Assembly: GCA_964549615.1 (NCBI GenBank)
Contig: CAZJVP010000011.1
Coordinates: 65,926 to 129,925, forward strand
DNA: 64,000 bases
Origin: an uncultured Thermococci archaeon
GTDB lineage: Archaea > CAYQAE01 > CAYVLA01
Reading direction: 5' to 3'
The notes under the pieces were generated by a model, which was not told the origin of the DNA, ran no database searches, and saw nothing but the letters and a program-made list of their open reading frames with translations. Shown one piece after another: positions 39,232 to 49,949 of the stretch (the stretch's first letter is position 1; every line of letters starts with the position of its first letter). Made by a program: the position numbers and the translations under genes.

Positions 39232-40536
39232 GGTCGCGCCTGTGTGGGCTGGATCCTATTTCAATTCCGCTCGCCAGCGAGGAGCGGGTTGGATTGACGG
39301 CGACTGGAGCCAAGGGATCGGAGTCGTCCTTGCGCCGACTCGTGGCCCTTGGGATGGCAAGAGCACGGCCGCCCCTGTCGTGTGGAAAGACGACTCGAGG
39401 TACCACATGCTGTATCAGGGATGGTCGAAACGGGACGGCCCCAGGATCCTCGGGCTCGCCGAAAGCCCGGATGGCAATTGCTGGCAGAAATACGAACGAA
39501 ACCCCGTCATGAGGCCGTCGGAGGGCACATGTGATTAAGCGGGGTTCGAGTGGGGGTGCCTCCTCTTGGTCGACGGCCAGTACCGACTGTACTACACCGG
39601 GATCGGAGGCGACGGCAAGGCAAGGATAGGACTCGCCATATCCGAGGATCTCAGGACTCAGCAGAAGTACAAGGAAAACCCGGTCCTAGAGACGAGCCGC
39701 GAAATCCTTGGGAGTCCAGAGGCGCGGCCTTCCCGGCCGTCGTCCGCGGCGCCGAGGGATACAGGATGGTCTATGGGGGCTACGGACCGCAATCCATGGA
39801 GGTCGGGCTCGCGACATCAGGCGATGGGTTCACTTGGACCCGCCACCCAAACAACCCCGTTTTCAGACAGCGGGGGTGGTTCAAGGATCCGGCATGCGAA
39901 AGCTGGGACGCTGGAATCGAGGTTCACCAGCTGATCTCCGTGGGGGACCACTTCGTCATGCTCTACGAGGGCCTCGGCAACTACCCACATCGTTACAACC
40001 TCGGGGTGGCGTACTCGCCCGACTGTTCAGTGTGGGCCCGGAGCCGCGAGAATCCGATCTTCCCCCTGACGTCCCCCAGCGTTAAACAGGACATGAGCAC
40101 CGTGCATCCCTGGCTCCTGTTGGATGACATGATCCTCTACTACGTCGAGGTTCTGGGCGCCAGCACGGACGCGGAACACAGGATCTATGCTGCTAGGGTA
40201 GGGCCGGAGCTCGTCAATCCTTTGGACCAGAAAGCTCTAAGCTACCCCCTTATGTTCGAGGCAAGCGTAGGAGGGATGGGTGCATCGACCCCGGCGGTAT
40301 CATGCGTCGGCTTTCCTGCGAAGACCTTCCATCTGACGAGCTCAGCGCCGGGCGTGGTGCAGATCGATGTCGACCCATCCGGACTGGGCCAATGGAACGA
40401 GCTTCACCGGGGGCGGGTGACGAGGAACAAGCTCTGGTCCTTTAAGTCGCGTGCCGGTTTCGAGAGGGCGAGGCTCAGGTTCGCTCCCTCATCCGAGTCG
40501 CGAGCGTCTGCTTGGCTAGTTCTTGAGAGGTGCTAG
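39230..40536 (+). pseudogene. Interrupted five-bladed beta-propeller glycosidase (GH32/GH130-like)
   Basis: Repeats LGLAESPDGNCWQKYERNPV, IGLAISEDL..KYKENPV, VGLATSGDGFTWTRHPNNPV, LGVAYSPDCSVWARSRENPI; in-frame TAA at 39536-39538 and a frameshift near 39700. Confidence 0.8.
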
Positions 40537-40599
40537 ACAAGGCCGGCTTCTTGAGGGCAAATGTGGTGGAACGGCGTCGTCGCAGGGGGTCGAACATCT

Positions 40600-41529
40600 C
40601 TATGTTAGGTGTCGCCTCAGGAAGCCCACCACCCTGTCGAAGGCTCCGGCGACGTCCGGGTCCCGGAGCCCGACACCATCGAATCCGTGCCCACGGCCCG
40701 GCATGACGATGAGCTCATGTTCCACTCCGGCGCGGCGGAGCGCATCCGCCATCTCAAGGGACCGCTGGTAGGGAACGTCGGTATCGGCGTCGCCATGCAG
40801 CAGCATGGTAGGAGGGTATCGACGAGTGACGTTGCGAAGAGGACAGAGGGGGTCGAAGGCGTCGAACTCCGCATCGGGGTCAAGGCCGGCAACCTCCCTT
40901 GGCCAAAGTCCTCGCTGCCGGCAGTAACGGTAGAACAGGAATCTGTTTGCCGAACCTTGGTCATTGGATACGGGCTTCGTTCCGACGGATCGGAGTGCTT
41001 CCTCCCTGGACACCACCGGGCGCTGGCTGTAGAATGGATCCGGCCGGCTGTACCATGGGGAAGCTATGTCTCCGTAGCCATAGAACGATACGAGCGCCTT
41101 GGGCCGAGGGACAACGCGGAAGCCGGCCATCAGGGCGAGGTATCCCCCCGCAGAATGTCCGATTACCCCGATCCGGCTCGGGTCTCCGCGGGCAAGCCGT
41201 GCGCCTCGTTTGCGCACCCAGCAAAAGGCGTCCATTATGTCCTCGACGATCGCGGGTAGCTTGGTCTCCGGGGCGAGGCGGTAGTCGATGGAGATGAGTG
41301 CGAAGCCCGATCCATGGTAGAGCTCGGCCTGCTCCGGCCTTATGTTCTCTCGGTGGCCACCGATCAGGGCCCCGCCGTGGATCCAGACCAGGGTCGGCGC
41401 CGGCTCGTGCCCGCCAGCGGGATAGACGTCAGCCCCTATCTCGCAGCCGTCCACAACCTTATAGATGTATGTACGCTTGGGGAGGGCTTGGGGCTTCCCT
41501 TTCCCTTGCTCCCGAACTTTTTCCGGCAC
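40600..41529 (-). CDS. Alpha/beta hydrolase (HSL-like esterase)
   Basis: HGGALIGG, DYRLAPE, GHSAG, HGDADTDVP, GHGF. Confidence 0.92.
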   Translation of the reverse strand: MPEKVREQGKGKPQALPKRTYIYKVVDGCEIGADVYPAGGHEPAPTLVWIHGGALIGGHRENIRPEQAELYHGSGFALISIDYRLAPETKLPAIVEDIMDAFCWVRKRGARLARGDPSRIGVIGHSAGGYLALMAGFRVVPRPKALVSFYGYGDIASPWYSRPDPFYSQRPVVSREEALRSVGTKPVSNDQGSANRFLFYRYCRQRGLWPREVAGLDPDAEFDAFDPLCPLRNVTRRYPPTMLLHGDADTDVPYQRSLEMADALRRAGVEHELIVMPGRGHGFDGVGLRDPDVAGAFDRVVGFLRRHLT

Positions 41530-41552
41530 GGTCTCCCAAGACCTGCTCCGTG

Positions 41553-42737
41553 TCAGCCCGCCTCTTTCGCGAGCAGGTCCTTGATCTCAGGCCATAGCTT
41601 CGGATGGTCGCGGATGTTGGCCCCGTCCCCCATCTCGTTCCATGCGTACAGGTAAGCGTGCTCAACGCCGAACTCCTCACACAACGAGTAAAGGACCCCC
41701 GGCCGCTCAACCAAGATCCGCCCCTCGACAGGGGTGACGAAGGCCGAGATCCTTCGTCCGAAGTACCGCCTGAAAAGCGCTAGCTCCGCCTCCATGCAGG
41801 TCTTCACCTCGGATGCGGACTTGCAGTAAAGGTCATCGCTTACGATGAACTTGTCGGCCGGAACATCACGCCACAGCGGCAGGTGGACGCAGCGTTGGTG
41901 GAAGCAGTCGTGCTGGGTGACGACCCCGTGCTGGCTGAGACCTATCGCGATGTAGACCTTCCTTGCTTTCTTGAGTTCCGCGAAGAGCTTCCGGTAGAAG
42001 CGAGCCAAGACCTCAGCCCGGAAGACGCACCAGTCGTCCCAGAACAGGTTGGGCTGGATGAAGATGATATCCCTTTTCGTGTCCCAAAGGCCCTCGGTCG
42101 GGGGCTTTATCTCGTCGACCGAGGGGAAGTCGGTCCCCCATCGCTGGTTCAGTTCCGCGAGGCTTGACCTTCGCGAGGCCCATCTCTGGAAATCTGCAAC
42201 CATCTCAGGGCCGTAGCCGAGGTGGCGCCTCTGCGACGAACCCCAGTCCACCATTGACGGCTCCCAGAAGTTCAGAAGAGTCCTCCCCCGAACCTTGAAC
42301 ATGTCGTCTTCGTAGGCATCGATGAGCAGTTTGAGATACTCAATCATCGGCTCTGTGTTTGCGAGGTCGTGGACGTCGATGTTGTCGGTGGGCGACCCTG
42401 CTGAGTCGATGGCCGTGGTGACGGGCATCTGGGTCAGCTCTGAGAGGGCCCGAGCGCCTGGAAGGTAGCCGTAGCTCACGACCGGGACGACCGATATGCC
42501 CCTTTCCCTGCACGCTTTGAGGACCTTCTCCCAGGTTTCTCTAGCAGCGCGGAGCCATGTGTATTGGATGTCGTAGGAGATGCAGTCAAATCCCAGCGAC
42601 CTTATGCGGTCAAGGCTAGCAAACATGCCGGGCCCGAGGTCTTTCTCGGGCTCCCACCAGGTATAGAACGACAGGATCGTCTTCACGCGCCCAGCCGCCT
42701 CCTCGGCCAAACTTAAAGGTATCCTCCGACCAAGCAA
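41553..42737 (-). CDS. GH42-like (beta-galactosidase catalytic barrel only) glycoside hydrolase
   Basis: FWEP, FQRWA...SLAELNQRWGTDF, DDWCVFR; lacks the trimerisation domain. Confidence 0.65.
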   Translation of the reverse strand: MLGRRIPLSLAEEAAGRVKTILSFYTWWEPEKDLGPGMFASLDRIRSLGFDCISYDIQYTWLRAARETWEKVLKACRERGISVVPVVSYGYLPGARALSELTQMPVTTAIDSAGSPTDNIDVHDLANTEPMIEYLKLLIDAYEDDMFKVRGRTLLNFWEPSMVDWGSSQRRHLGYGPEMVADFQRWASRRSSLAELNQRWGTDFPSVDEIKPPTEGLWDTKRDIIFIQPNLFWDDWCVFRAEVLARFYRKLFAELKKARKVYIAIGLSQHGVVTQHDCFHQRCVHLPLWRDVPADKFIVSDDLYCKSASEVKTCMEAELALFRRYFGRRISAFVTPVEGRILVERPGVLYSLCEEFGVEHAYLYAWNEMGDGANIRDHPKLWPEIKDLLAKEAG

Positions 42738-42827
42738 GTTGCATATGGAGGCTTGTGCCGTCCTGATCGGATCAGCGCTGAGACCTTTCAGAAATCCGCA
42801 TGGAGCCGGAGACAGTTCTCCGAGGGC

Positions 42828-44303
42828 CTAGGTTCTGGGGTAGAAAGGCGGTTTGAATCCCTCGCCCCTGGGACGACCGTTCTGGTCGATGTATTGGAAC
42901 TCCTCCACGAATGCCTTCCTCCCCTTGCCCGCCGGACCGACGAGGTCTATCTGACCGGTGCCGTATACGGCCTCCTTGACTCCGTCGAGGGCGGGCTCCG
43001 CGTATCTAAGGAAGAACTCCTCAAGCTGGGACTTCATCGAGGCGATGACGTCACGGCTTCCCGGCTCTTGGATCAGGTTGTTTCTTTCACCCGGGTCCTG
43101 TATGATGTTGTAAAGCTCGTTGGGGCCATACGGATAACGATGAACGTACTTCCACTCCCTGTCGCGGATCATCCGGACGGGCCCGTATTCATCGAAGACG
43201 ACGATGTGGCTGTGCCCTTTTGCCTTCCTGCCGCGCAGCAGCGGGGCGAAGCTCTTCCCCGGCAGATTGGCCGGGATGAGGCTCCGGAATCCCAAGAAGT
43301 CAAGGAGCGTGGGCAGGAAGTCGTACTGGCTGTGCAGCCCGTCGTCCACGACCCCGCGCGGGCATGTTCCTGGCATCGAGGCTATCGCGGGCACCTTCAC
43401 GGACGTATCATACATGTTCAGGGGGAACGTTCCATTCCCCTTGCCGAAGAAGCCGTGGTGGCCCATATTCATCCCGTTGTCGCTGAGGAAGAAGACCAAG
43501 GTGTCCTGCCTGAGGCCCCGTTCATGCAGCTTGTCCAAGAGCCTGCCGATGTTGCCATCCATCGCGGTGACGGCGGCGAAGTAGCCTTTCAGGATCTCCC
43601 TCCTCTGTTGCCCAGTGCCCCTCGGTGCGGTGGCAATCTGCCAAGGGTGTGGCGGCTCCTCCGGGCAGGATTCAAAAGGGCAGCTGTCATAGGACGCAAC
43701 CAGGTCCTCGGGGTGTTGGCCCACCCACGGGCTGTGCGGGGCAGTGTAGTGGACGCTAAGGTAGAATGGGCGCTCATCCTTGGCGCGGCGGTCGATGAAC
43801 TGCAGGGCGTCGTCGGTTATCACGTCCGTCACATAGCCCGGATCGTTGTAGGCTCTGCCTTTGCGTACCATGGGTGCGTTGTGGTAGTTGCTGCCTCCCC
43901 TTTGGTGGACGAACCAATGGCTGAAGCGTTTCTGGGGCCGGAGGCTGTTGCCGAGATGCCACTTGCCGCTGATGCCGCACACGTACCCTTGTTCGGCGAG
44001 GATCTCGGTGAAGCCGGTGATGCCTCGAAGGTACTCGATGGCCGTCTCGTCCTTCTCCGTCATGTTTCCCTTTCTGATCCAGTCGTGGACGCCGTGCTGC
44101 GAAGGGATTCTGCCGGTGAGGAGCGTTGCCCTCGCGGGCGAGCAAACGGGCGACGAGCAGAAAAAGTTCTCGAACCTGATTCCTTCCCTGGCCAGGCGGT
44201 CCAGGGTCGGGGTGCGGATCTCCGGGTTTCCGGCGCAGCCCATTGCCCAGCATCCTTGGTCATCGCTGAGGATGACGATAACGTTCGGGTGGTCGGATCC
44301 CAT
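42828..44303 (-). CDS. Formylglycine-dependent sulfatase (family S1)
   Basis: PNVIVILSDDQG, CSPARATLLTG, GKWHLG, PHSP, SDNG, ELYNIIQDPGE. Confidence 0.95.
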   Translation of the reverse strand: MGSDHPNVIVILSDDQGCWAMGCAGNPEIRTPTLDRLAREGIRFENFFCSSPVCSPARATLLTGRIPSQHGVHDWIRKGNMTEKDETAIEYLRGITGFTEILAEQGYVCGISGKWHLGNSLRPQKRFSHWFVHQRGGSNYHNAPMVRKGRAYNDPGYVTDVITDDALQFIDRRAKDERPFYLSVHYTAPHSPWVGQHPEDLVASYDSCPFESCPEEPPHPWQIATAPRGTGQQRREILKGYFAAVTAMDGNIGRLLDKLHERGLRQDTLVFFLSDNGMNMGHHGFFGKGNGTFPLNMYDTSVKVPAIASMPGTCPRGVVDDGLHSQYDFLPTLLDFLGFRSLIPANLPGKSFAPLLRGRKAKGHSHIVVFDEYGPVRMIRDREWKYVHRYPYGPNELYNIIQDPGERNNLIQEPGSRDVIASMKSQLEEFFLRYAEPALDGVKEAVYGTGQIDLVGPAGKGRKAFVEEFQYIDQNGRPRGEGFKPPFYPRT

Positions 44304-44407
44304 CTCACATTCCTTCTTGCGTCGTCATGGCCCATCGCTTGGACAATAAGTATCTTTGTCCGGGGATCGAGGCAGATATCGGATAGCACCCGAACGGACC
44401 CTCGGCA

Positions 44408-45634
44408 CTAGAGCTGGAACCTAGTGACGCCGACTGTCCGGTAGGCGGCCCTCCTGACCATGAGAGTCCAGAGGATGAAGCCGGTCACCATGGCCGTGCC
44501 GCTGACGGTGAACCACTCTATGAGATAGACCCACATCAAGGCCTCATCTTTGGCCTTAAGGGCAATGTTCGTGACCTCGCCGATCTTCGCGAAGGCTTTG
44601 TCCAAGGCAACCATGCTATCCTCATACTCGCCCTTGATGTAGAGCCTGACGACCTCCTTCCTCAATAGATCGGCGTTGCCTAGCTCAGCCTCGGCCCTCC
44701 TGAGGTTGCCGCCGAACTTCTCGGCGAAGTCGATGACGGATATGGCAAATGACCTCGTCACGTAGAAACTCGTCAACCTGGTCCGGAGCTTGAGGAACAG
44801 CGACACATCCTCCGGTATGCTCACCTTGGCAGCGTAGTAGATGAGGTTGCTCATGAACAACGGCCCGTACTCCCACCTGTGGAAGAACTGGGGCCCGTTC
44901 CCGCCCCAGTCGAAGACGAATGCTTCGGTCCTACCCTCGCCCATCTCCATATACAGCAGGATCGGCGAGTTCGGAGGATTTCGATCGCTTCTTCCCACGA
45001 CCACGCATCCGGGGCGCTCTCCCACCCTCTGGTGGGCGAAAAGCGGGCACTGCTGCCACGGGATGTTCCTCACCAGCGGGTGGTCCTCATAACCTCTCTC
45101 GGGAACTAGGCGGTACTGCGAACCCAAACCCCAAGCCTCTCCAGTGAGCTTGCAGGGAAGGATGTCTGCAACCGGCGAGGGGTCCCAGCTGGGATGGGCA
45201 TCGCCCTGGCCGCTGAAGGACTGCGGCCCTCCGCCCATCAGGAAGCCCATGCCGCCATCGATCACGCCCTTCTTGATCCAAGTCTGGATGTTGGGCGGAA
45301 AGAATGGCTCCCGGGCATCCGCGATTATCACCACGTCATACTCCTCCCTCATCCGCTGTTCGGTGCGAGGCACATACATGCGGAGGCTGGCCGCAGCCTC
45401 GACGATGGAGGCATACTGGAAGGTGATGAATTCGACCGGAACGGGCGTCAGTTTAACCATGGGGTCGAGCGCTATCATCGGAGTGACGAACCCGGCGCCG
45501 AACAGGGCGTCCCCCATGAAGAGCACCCTCACTTGGCCCGTCTGGGGATCGACGCGCGGCGTGTCGGCCGCGTGGCAGAGCCGGCCTGCAGGCAACAGCA
45601 CCAGGAGGGCGACGGCAAGAAATTCCTTCCTCAT
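44408..45634 (-). CDS. Secreted, C-terminally anchored GATase1/DUF1355-like protein (paralog 2)
   Basis: Signal peptide; RMYVPRT...YDVVI; GMGFLMGGGPQSF; DFAEKFGGN; WVYLIEW...LMVRRAAYRTVGVT. Confidence 0.85.
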   Translation of the reverse strand: MRKEFLAVALLVLLPAGRLCHAADTPRVDPQTGQVRVLFMGDALFGAGFVTPMIALDPMVKLTPVPVEFITFQYASIVEAAASLRMYVPRTEQRMREEYDVVIIADAREPFFPPNIQTWIKKGVIDGGMGFLMGGGPQSFSGQGDAHPSWDPSPVADILPCKLTGEAWGLGSQYRLVPERGYEDHPLVRNIPWQQCPLFAHQRVGERPGCVVVGRSDRNPPNSPILLYMEMGEGRTEAFVFDWGGNGPQFFHRWEYGPLFMSNLIYYAAKVSIPEDVSLFLKLRTRLTSFYVTRSFAISVIDFAEKFGGNLRRAEAELGNADLLRKEVVRLYIKGEYEDSMVALDKAFAKIGEVTNIALKAKDEALMWVYLIEWFTVSGTAMVTGFILWTLMVRRAAYRTVGVTRFQL

Positions 45635-46080
45635 CCCGGGAGGCTCTGCCCGTCAGCTTAAAAGCATAACGGCGGAAGTTGCGCCGCGTTGGCAAATCAG
45701 AAGATATGCACCGTGGCGTGCGGGCTACGGCGAATCGGCTCCCTCGAAGGATCGGGAGGCGGGCGCGCGTTTCGGAATGCAAGAGCGCTCGACCGCCCAT
45801 CTCCCGGCATAGAGACGCTTCGCCGGCAAAGATGCTGGAGGGCAAAGTCCACTCGAGGATCTTTGGCCCCGCGGCCTTGGCAGGACGTACGAGGATAGGA
45901 TAACTTATTATGAGGGAGGCTCCTTGCCTCCTCGTGGTCGGGAGAGCACCAGGATGCCCGATGGGCAGCGTCTGAGGAGAGGCGCTAGGCTCTACCGGGC
46001 CGACTTTCGGACCGATGGCATTGCGCGCGAGGGGTGGCCGGAGAAGGAGAGCGTCCGTGCGTAGAGAGGGAGGCTTGGCT

Positions 46081-47286
46081 GTGAGGGTGGTCTGGGCTGT
46101 TCTTTTCTTGCTGCTTGGAGTTCCATGCGTCGTCGGCGCAAAGGGTTTGGACCCGAGAAGGGTTGGAGTCCTATACACGGGCGATCCCTACCCGGGCGTC
46201 ACACCCTACCTGTCCATGAAGGAGGACGCCTTCACCGTTGTGACCCCCGTCCAGGCGTCATACATCCACTACGCGGGAATAAGCTCGGAGGACATAAGGA
46301 AGTCGATGAGGACGTACATGGCGCGCACATACCAGGACTACATCGACAAGTACGATGTCCTGATCCTGAGCGATTCATTCAGGGGCGTCTTCAGCAATGA
46401 GCAGACGTACTGGTTTAGGGATGGCGTCCTAGAGGAGGGGATGGGCCTCTTGATGGTTGGAGGATGGGAGAGCTTCGGGGGCAGCTGGACCGGGTCCCCG
46501 GTTGAGGAGGTCCTTCCCGTCAGTTTCCCAAGCAACATCTGGGTCAGCGGCAGCATAAGGATCGAGGTCACCGAGCAGGGATACAGGAACGAGTTCATAC
46601 AGAGCCTCCCCTACAAACCGCTCCCCGAGTACATGAGGATAGGAACCGACGGCAACTACGTCATCCAGAAGGAGGGATCGGAGCTTCTGGCCCGCTGGAT
46701 CGTGAAGACGAACCAGTACGAGAACCCGCCGTGCTACGTGACGTGGGCGATAGGGAAGGGGAGGACCTTCGCAATGTGCCATGACTGGACGCCGGCCGGC
46801 GGATGGATCATGTCCAGATGGGACTACTACAGGGACTACTCGATCAACCTCATGCTCTATCTGGCTGGGAGAACCCTGCCAAACGACCCCGTCCAGGTCC
46901 ACGAGTACAGGAGGATCATACACGACCTGGCAATAGGAAGGAGCACTCTGTTCTCCCTTATAGAGTTCGTTGAGAGCTTCGGCGGGAGCGGCCGGGCAAT
47001 CGACGAGGAGATCCTCACCCTGGATGAGATCGTGGCGGGCGCCAAGGAATCCTACTTGAACCACGACTGGGCCGAGGCCCTGACGACCGCCGAGGCGGCT
47101 ATGGACAAGCTCGGGGAGATCGAGCAGCTGGCCGTCAAGGTTAAGAATGATGCCCTCTTCTGGGTCTACGTCGTCGAGTGGCTGAGCGTGACGGGCGTGA
47201 GCCTTCTCGCCGGGACGGTTCTCTGGTTGTTGATGGTGCGGAGGGCGCTGTACCGGGAGGTCAAGGTGACCAGGGGTCAGGTGTAG
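46081..47286 (+). CDS. Secreted, C-terminally anchored GATase1/DUF1355-like protein (paralog 3)
   Basis: Signal peptide from GTG 46081 (GGGAGG upstream); RTYMARTY...YDVLILSD; GMGLLMVGGWESFGG; SPVEEVLPV; EFVESFGGS; WVYVVEW...LMVRRALYREVKVT. Confidence 0.85.
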   Translation: MRVVWAVLFLLLGVPCVVGAKGLDPRRVGVLYTGDPYPGVTPYLSMKEDAFTVVTPVQASYIHYAGISSEDIRKSMRTYMARTYQDYIDKYDVLILSDSFRGVFSNEQTYWFRDGVLEEGMGLLMVGGWESFGGSWTGSPVEEVLPVSFPSNIWVSGSIRIEVTEQGYRNEFIQSLPYKPLPEYMRIGTDGNYVIQKEGSELLARWIVKTNQYENPPCYVTWAIGKGRTFAMCHDWTPAGGWIMSRWDYYRDYSINLMLYLAGRTLPNDPVQVHEYRRIIHDLAIGRSTLFSLIEFVESFGGSGRAIDEEILTLDEIVAGAKESYLNHDWAEALTTAEAAMDKLGEIEQLAVKVKNDALFWVYVVEWLSVTGVSLLAGTVLWLLMVRRALYREVKVTRGQV

Positions 47287-48062
47287 CGGCTCGTCCGAGT
47301 TGCCACGCCCCACCTCTCCAGAAGCTTCCTAATCTCGCCGGGGTAGTCCGTCTCGAGGATGTCGGCCCCAAGCCTCACGGCAAGGGCAGCTCCCCCCTCG
47401 TTGTCGTTTTCGCCAAGAATGGATTGGTAGACGGTGACGCCCGCCTCCAGCGCGATGCGATAGCTTTCCTCGTTAAGCGTGTGCCTGTTGAAGTTGAGGG
47501 CATCCGGGTGGAGGTCGTCTAGGGCGCGCCCGATGGTGGTTGGCGTTATCCCCATGAGCAGCGTGCTGATCTGTGGACAAAGATCCTTCGCCTGCCTCAG
47601 GATGTCGTGGCTTGGACTTGAGATCATGGTGGCGCGCTGCAGCCCCAGCTCGGTGACGGACTCGACAACCTCGCTAACGCTGGCGTTCTTGATCTCGACG
47701 TTCACCTCGACGCCGGCTCGTTTGACGAACTCCAATGCCTCGGCCAAGGTGGGAATCCTGGTTCCCTTGAAGCTGGCGAAGGGAGGAACCCCAGCGTCGA
47801 GGGCCTTGATCTCAGACAAGGTCATCTCGGCTACCTTGCCCGTGCCGTTCGTTAGGCCATCCACCGTCGAGTTGTGTATGACGACCAGCTCGCCATCAGC
47901 GGTCGTGTGCACATCGATCTCAATCATATCCGCCCCCAGTTCGACCGCCTTCTGGAAGGCCGGGATGGTGTTCTGGGGTGCAAGGCGCATCGCGCCCCTG
48001 TGGGCCGCGACCTTCACGACCTTCCTCAAGATCGGCACCTTTGCGTGACCGCGCGTCACCAT
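47277..48062 (-). CDS. Glycerophosphodiester phosphodiesterase family protein
   Basis: AHRGA, PQNT, EIDVH, RIPTLAE, NVEIK, ETDYP. Confidence 0.9.
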   Translation of the reverse strand: MVTRGHAKVPILRKVVKVAAHRGAMRLAPQNTIPAFQKAVELGADMIEIDVHTTADGELVVIHNSTVDGLTNGTGKVAEMTLSEIKALDAGVPPFASFKGTRIPTLAEALEFVKRAGVEVNVEIKNASVSEVVESVTELGLQRATMISSPSHDILRQAKDLCPQISTLLMGITPTTIGRALDDLHPDALNFNRHTLNEESYRIALEAGVTVYQSILGENDNEGGAALAVRLGADILETDYPGEIRKLLERWGVATRTSRYT

Positions 48063-49750
48063 GGGCGTCCGTTCTTACGCGTTCCGCAGATGTTGACCTT
48101 CATCCCCAAGGCTTTGGCCATCCACGCCTTGGCAAGCATGGCCTCGTCCGCGGACCTTGCGTCGTTCGCATAGACGACCTGGATATGGTTGCTCTTGTGC
48201 TTCGCCATCATCTGATCGCGCGAGACCCCGTAAAGCACCGCGTGCATTATGGGCCATTCCGGCGTCGTGGACTCGGATCGCCTTCGCGTCTCCTGCTCGG
48301 GGAGGTCTATTGCGGCTGCGCGCCCGAGGTCCATGCAAAGCGAGTTCTTCTCAACGTAGATTCGGCTCCAGACGATCTCCCCCGCCTTCGAGACGCCCTT
48401 TATCGACCCGCCCCCCAGGCGGAAGTACATGGCGGGCTGGCGTTCGCTTACCGCACCCCTGAACCCTCCCTTGAGATGCTCTGGGGGAACGGCGCCGCTG
48501 ATCTCGAAGACCCAGACGTACTCCTTCGTTGTGCCGGATCTATCCCAGTCGCCCCAGCGTATGTCGTGGAGCGTGGTCTCCACCGGGAGCCCCATCGCCT
48601 TGTGTATGCGGTATGTCATCAGGGCATCCAAGCCCGAGCATTCGTCGACCTCGTTGAAGTGGGGTAGCGGCTCGCCCTCGTACAGCACCCTGCTTCCGTC
48701 CGCGGATCTGACCGGGGGCCTGTCGCGGTTATTCAGCAAGCCCTCGACGAGGTCGCTCGCCGGCAATAGATCCTTGAGGCCCTGCTGGTATTGTATGCCT
48801 ATGGTGTGGCAACCGAACTCGTCCGCGATGCGCAGCGCCGCGATGTACATCTTGCACTGGGTCAGCACCTGGGCTTCGGTTAGCTGCGTCGCCTCGTCGG
48901 TACCCAGATTGAACCTCATGCCGCGGTCCAACAGCCAGGCGTACACCTCCCTTGCCTCTTGGTCGCTCACCTGGGTCGTGGCGTAGTAGAGCGCGGACTG
49001 GCTGAGCCTCTCCTTGTACACCCCCGTTGGGTTGAGAAGATGATCGGGTATGATGGCGTTGAACATGCCCATGCATCCCTCGTCGAAAACCCCCATGATG
49101 GCCTTCTCGCGCCTCAGCTGTTCGGCCAGGGCCTCTGCAAGGGCCTTCACCTTTGCAGGCACCCTGATCTTGTCGAGGGGCTTGACGTGGTCGGTCTTGT
49201 GTCTCACGCGGCCCGTCTTGAGCCACGTCGAGAGCTTCGCGATAAACTTCTCGTCGGAGAAGTCCTCGCTCCAGAGCATCGAGTACTTGACGCCTGCCTT
49301 TGTGAGGGACCCGGCTAGGTTGAGCATCCCAACCAGTCCGGGCCATCGCCCGGACCAGTTCGCAACGAGGAGGATCGGCCCTTTGTGGGATATCAGCCCG
49401 TGAAGCACGTGATGGGAGTACTGCCAGACGGACTCGGCCACGATCAGCTTGGCCTCGGGATCGATGTTGGCGAAGACGGCCATGCCCTCCTTCTGGGATG
49501 AGATGAAGCCGTGCCCTTGCTCGGGCTTGTAGGGGTGTGCCCTGACAAGTTCGAAGCCACACTTGGCGACTGCCTTGGCCAGTTCCTCCTCCATCGCGGC
49601 CTGAGTGGGCCAGCATACCTGGTTTGCGCTCAGACGCAGATCGCCGCTTGCGACCATCAGAACCTGATTGTGCTTCACCTTCTTGGGTTTGGGAATCTTC
49701 GGCAGCTGGTATCCAGCCAAAATCTTCTCCCTCCTCGGTTGCTTGGGCAT
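48056..49750 (-). CDS. L-fucose isomerase-like ketol isomerase
   Basis: [45 protein letters not shown] 49750 used; the track's extension to 50176 overlaps the divergent gene. Confidence 0.8.
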   Translation of the reverse strand: MPKQPRREKILAGYQLPKIPKPKKVKHNQVLMVASGDLRLSANQVCWPTQAAMEEELAKAVAKCGFELVRAHPYKPEQGHGFISSQKEGMAVFANIDPEAKLIVAESVWQYSHHVLHGLISHKGPILLVANWSGRWPGLVGMLNLAGSLTKAGVKYSMLWSEDFSDEKFIAKLSTWLKTGRVRHKTDHVKPLDKIRVPAKVKALAEALAEQLRREKAIMGVFDEGCMGMFNAIIPDHLLNPTGVYKERLSQSALYYATTQVSDQEAREVYAWLLDRGMRFNLGTDEATQLTEAQVLTQCKMYIAALRIADEFGCHTIGIQYQQGLKDLLPASDLVEGLLNNRDRPPVRSADGSRVLYEGEPLPHFNEVDECSGLDALMTYRIHKAMGLPVETTLHDIRWGDWDRSGTTKEYVWVFEISGAVPPEHLKGGFRGAVSERQPAMYFRLGGGSIKGVSKAGEIVWSRIYVEKNSLCMDLGRAAAIDLPEQETRRRSESTTPEWPIMHAVLYGVSRDQMMAKHKSNHIQVVYANDARSADEAMLAKAWMAKALGMKVNICGTRKNGRPW

Positions 49751-49949
49751 GAAGCGGGCTTGGTCTATTAAATGGTGGGGGCTGGTCGAACCCGAAGACC
49801 AGACAACCTTACGAATTCGATATGAGGTTCGGGAGATAGATCGAGACTGCCTCGTGCGGCTAGGTCGGTCTGCCTCGATGCATGGACGCCGACGCAGGGG
49901 GGTCACGAACGCAGGGAAACCATTAAACCTTGTCACGGCCTTCGCTCGC

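Noticed and set aside
39536-39538. Stop-codon readthrough (Sec/Pyl) in the propeller gene
   Set aside because: The stop is TAA, not TGA or TAG, and a separate frameshift also breaks the gene.
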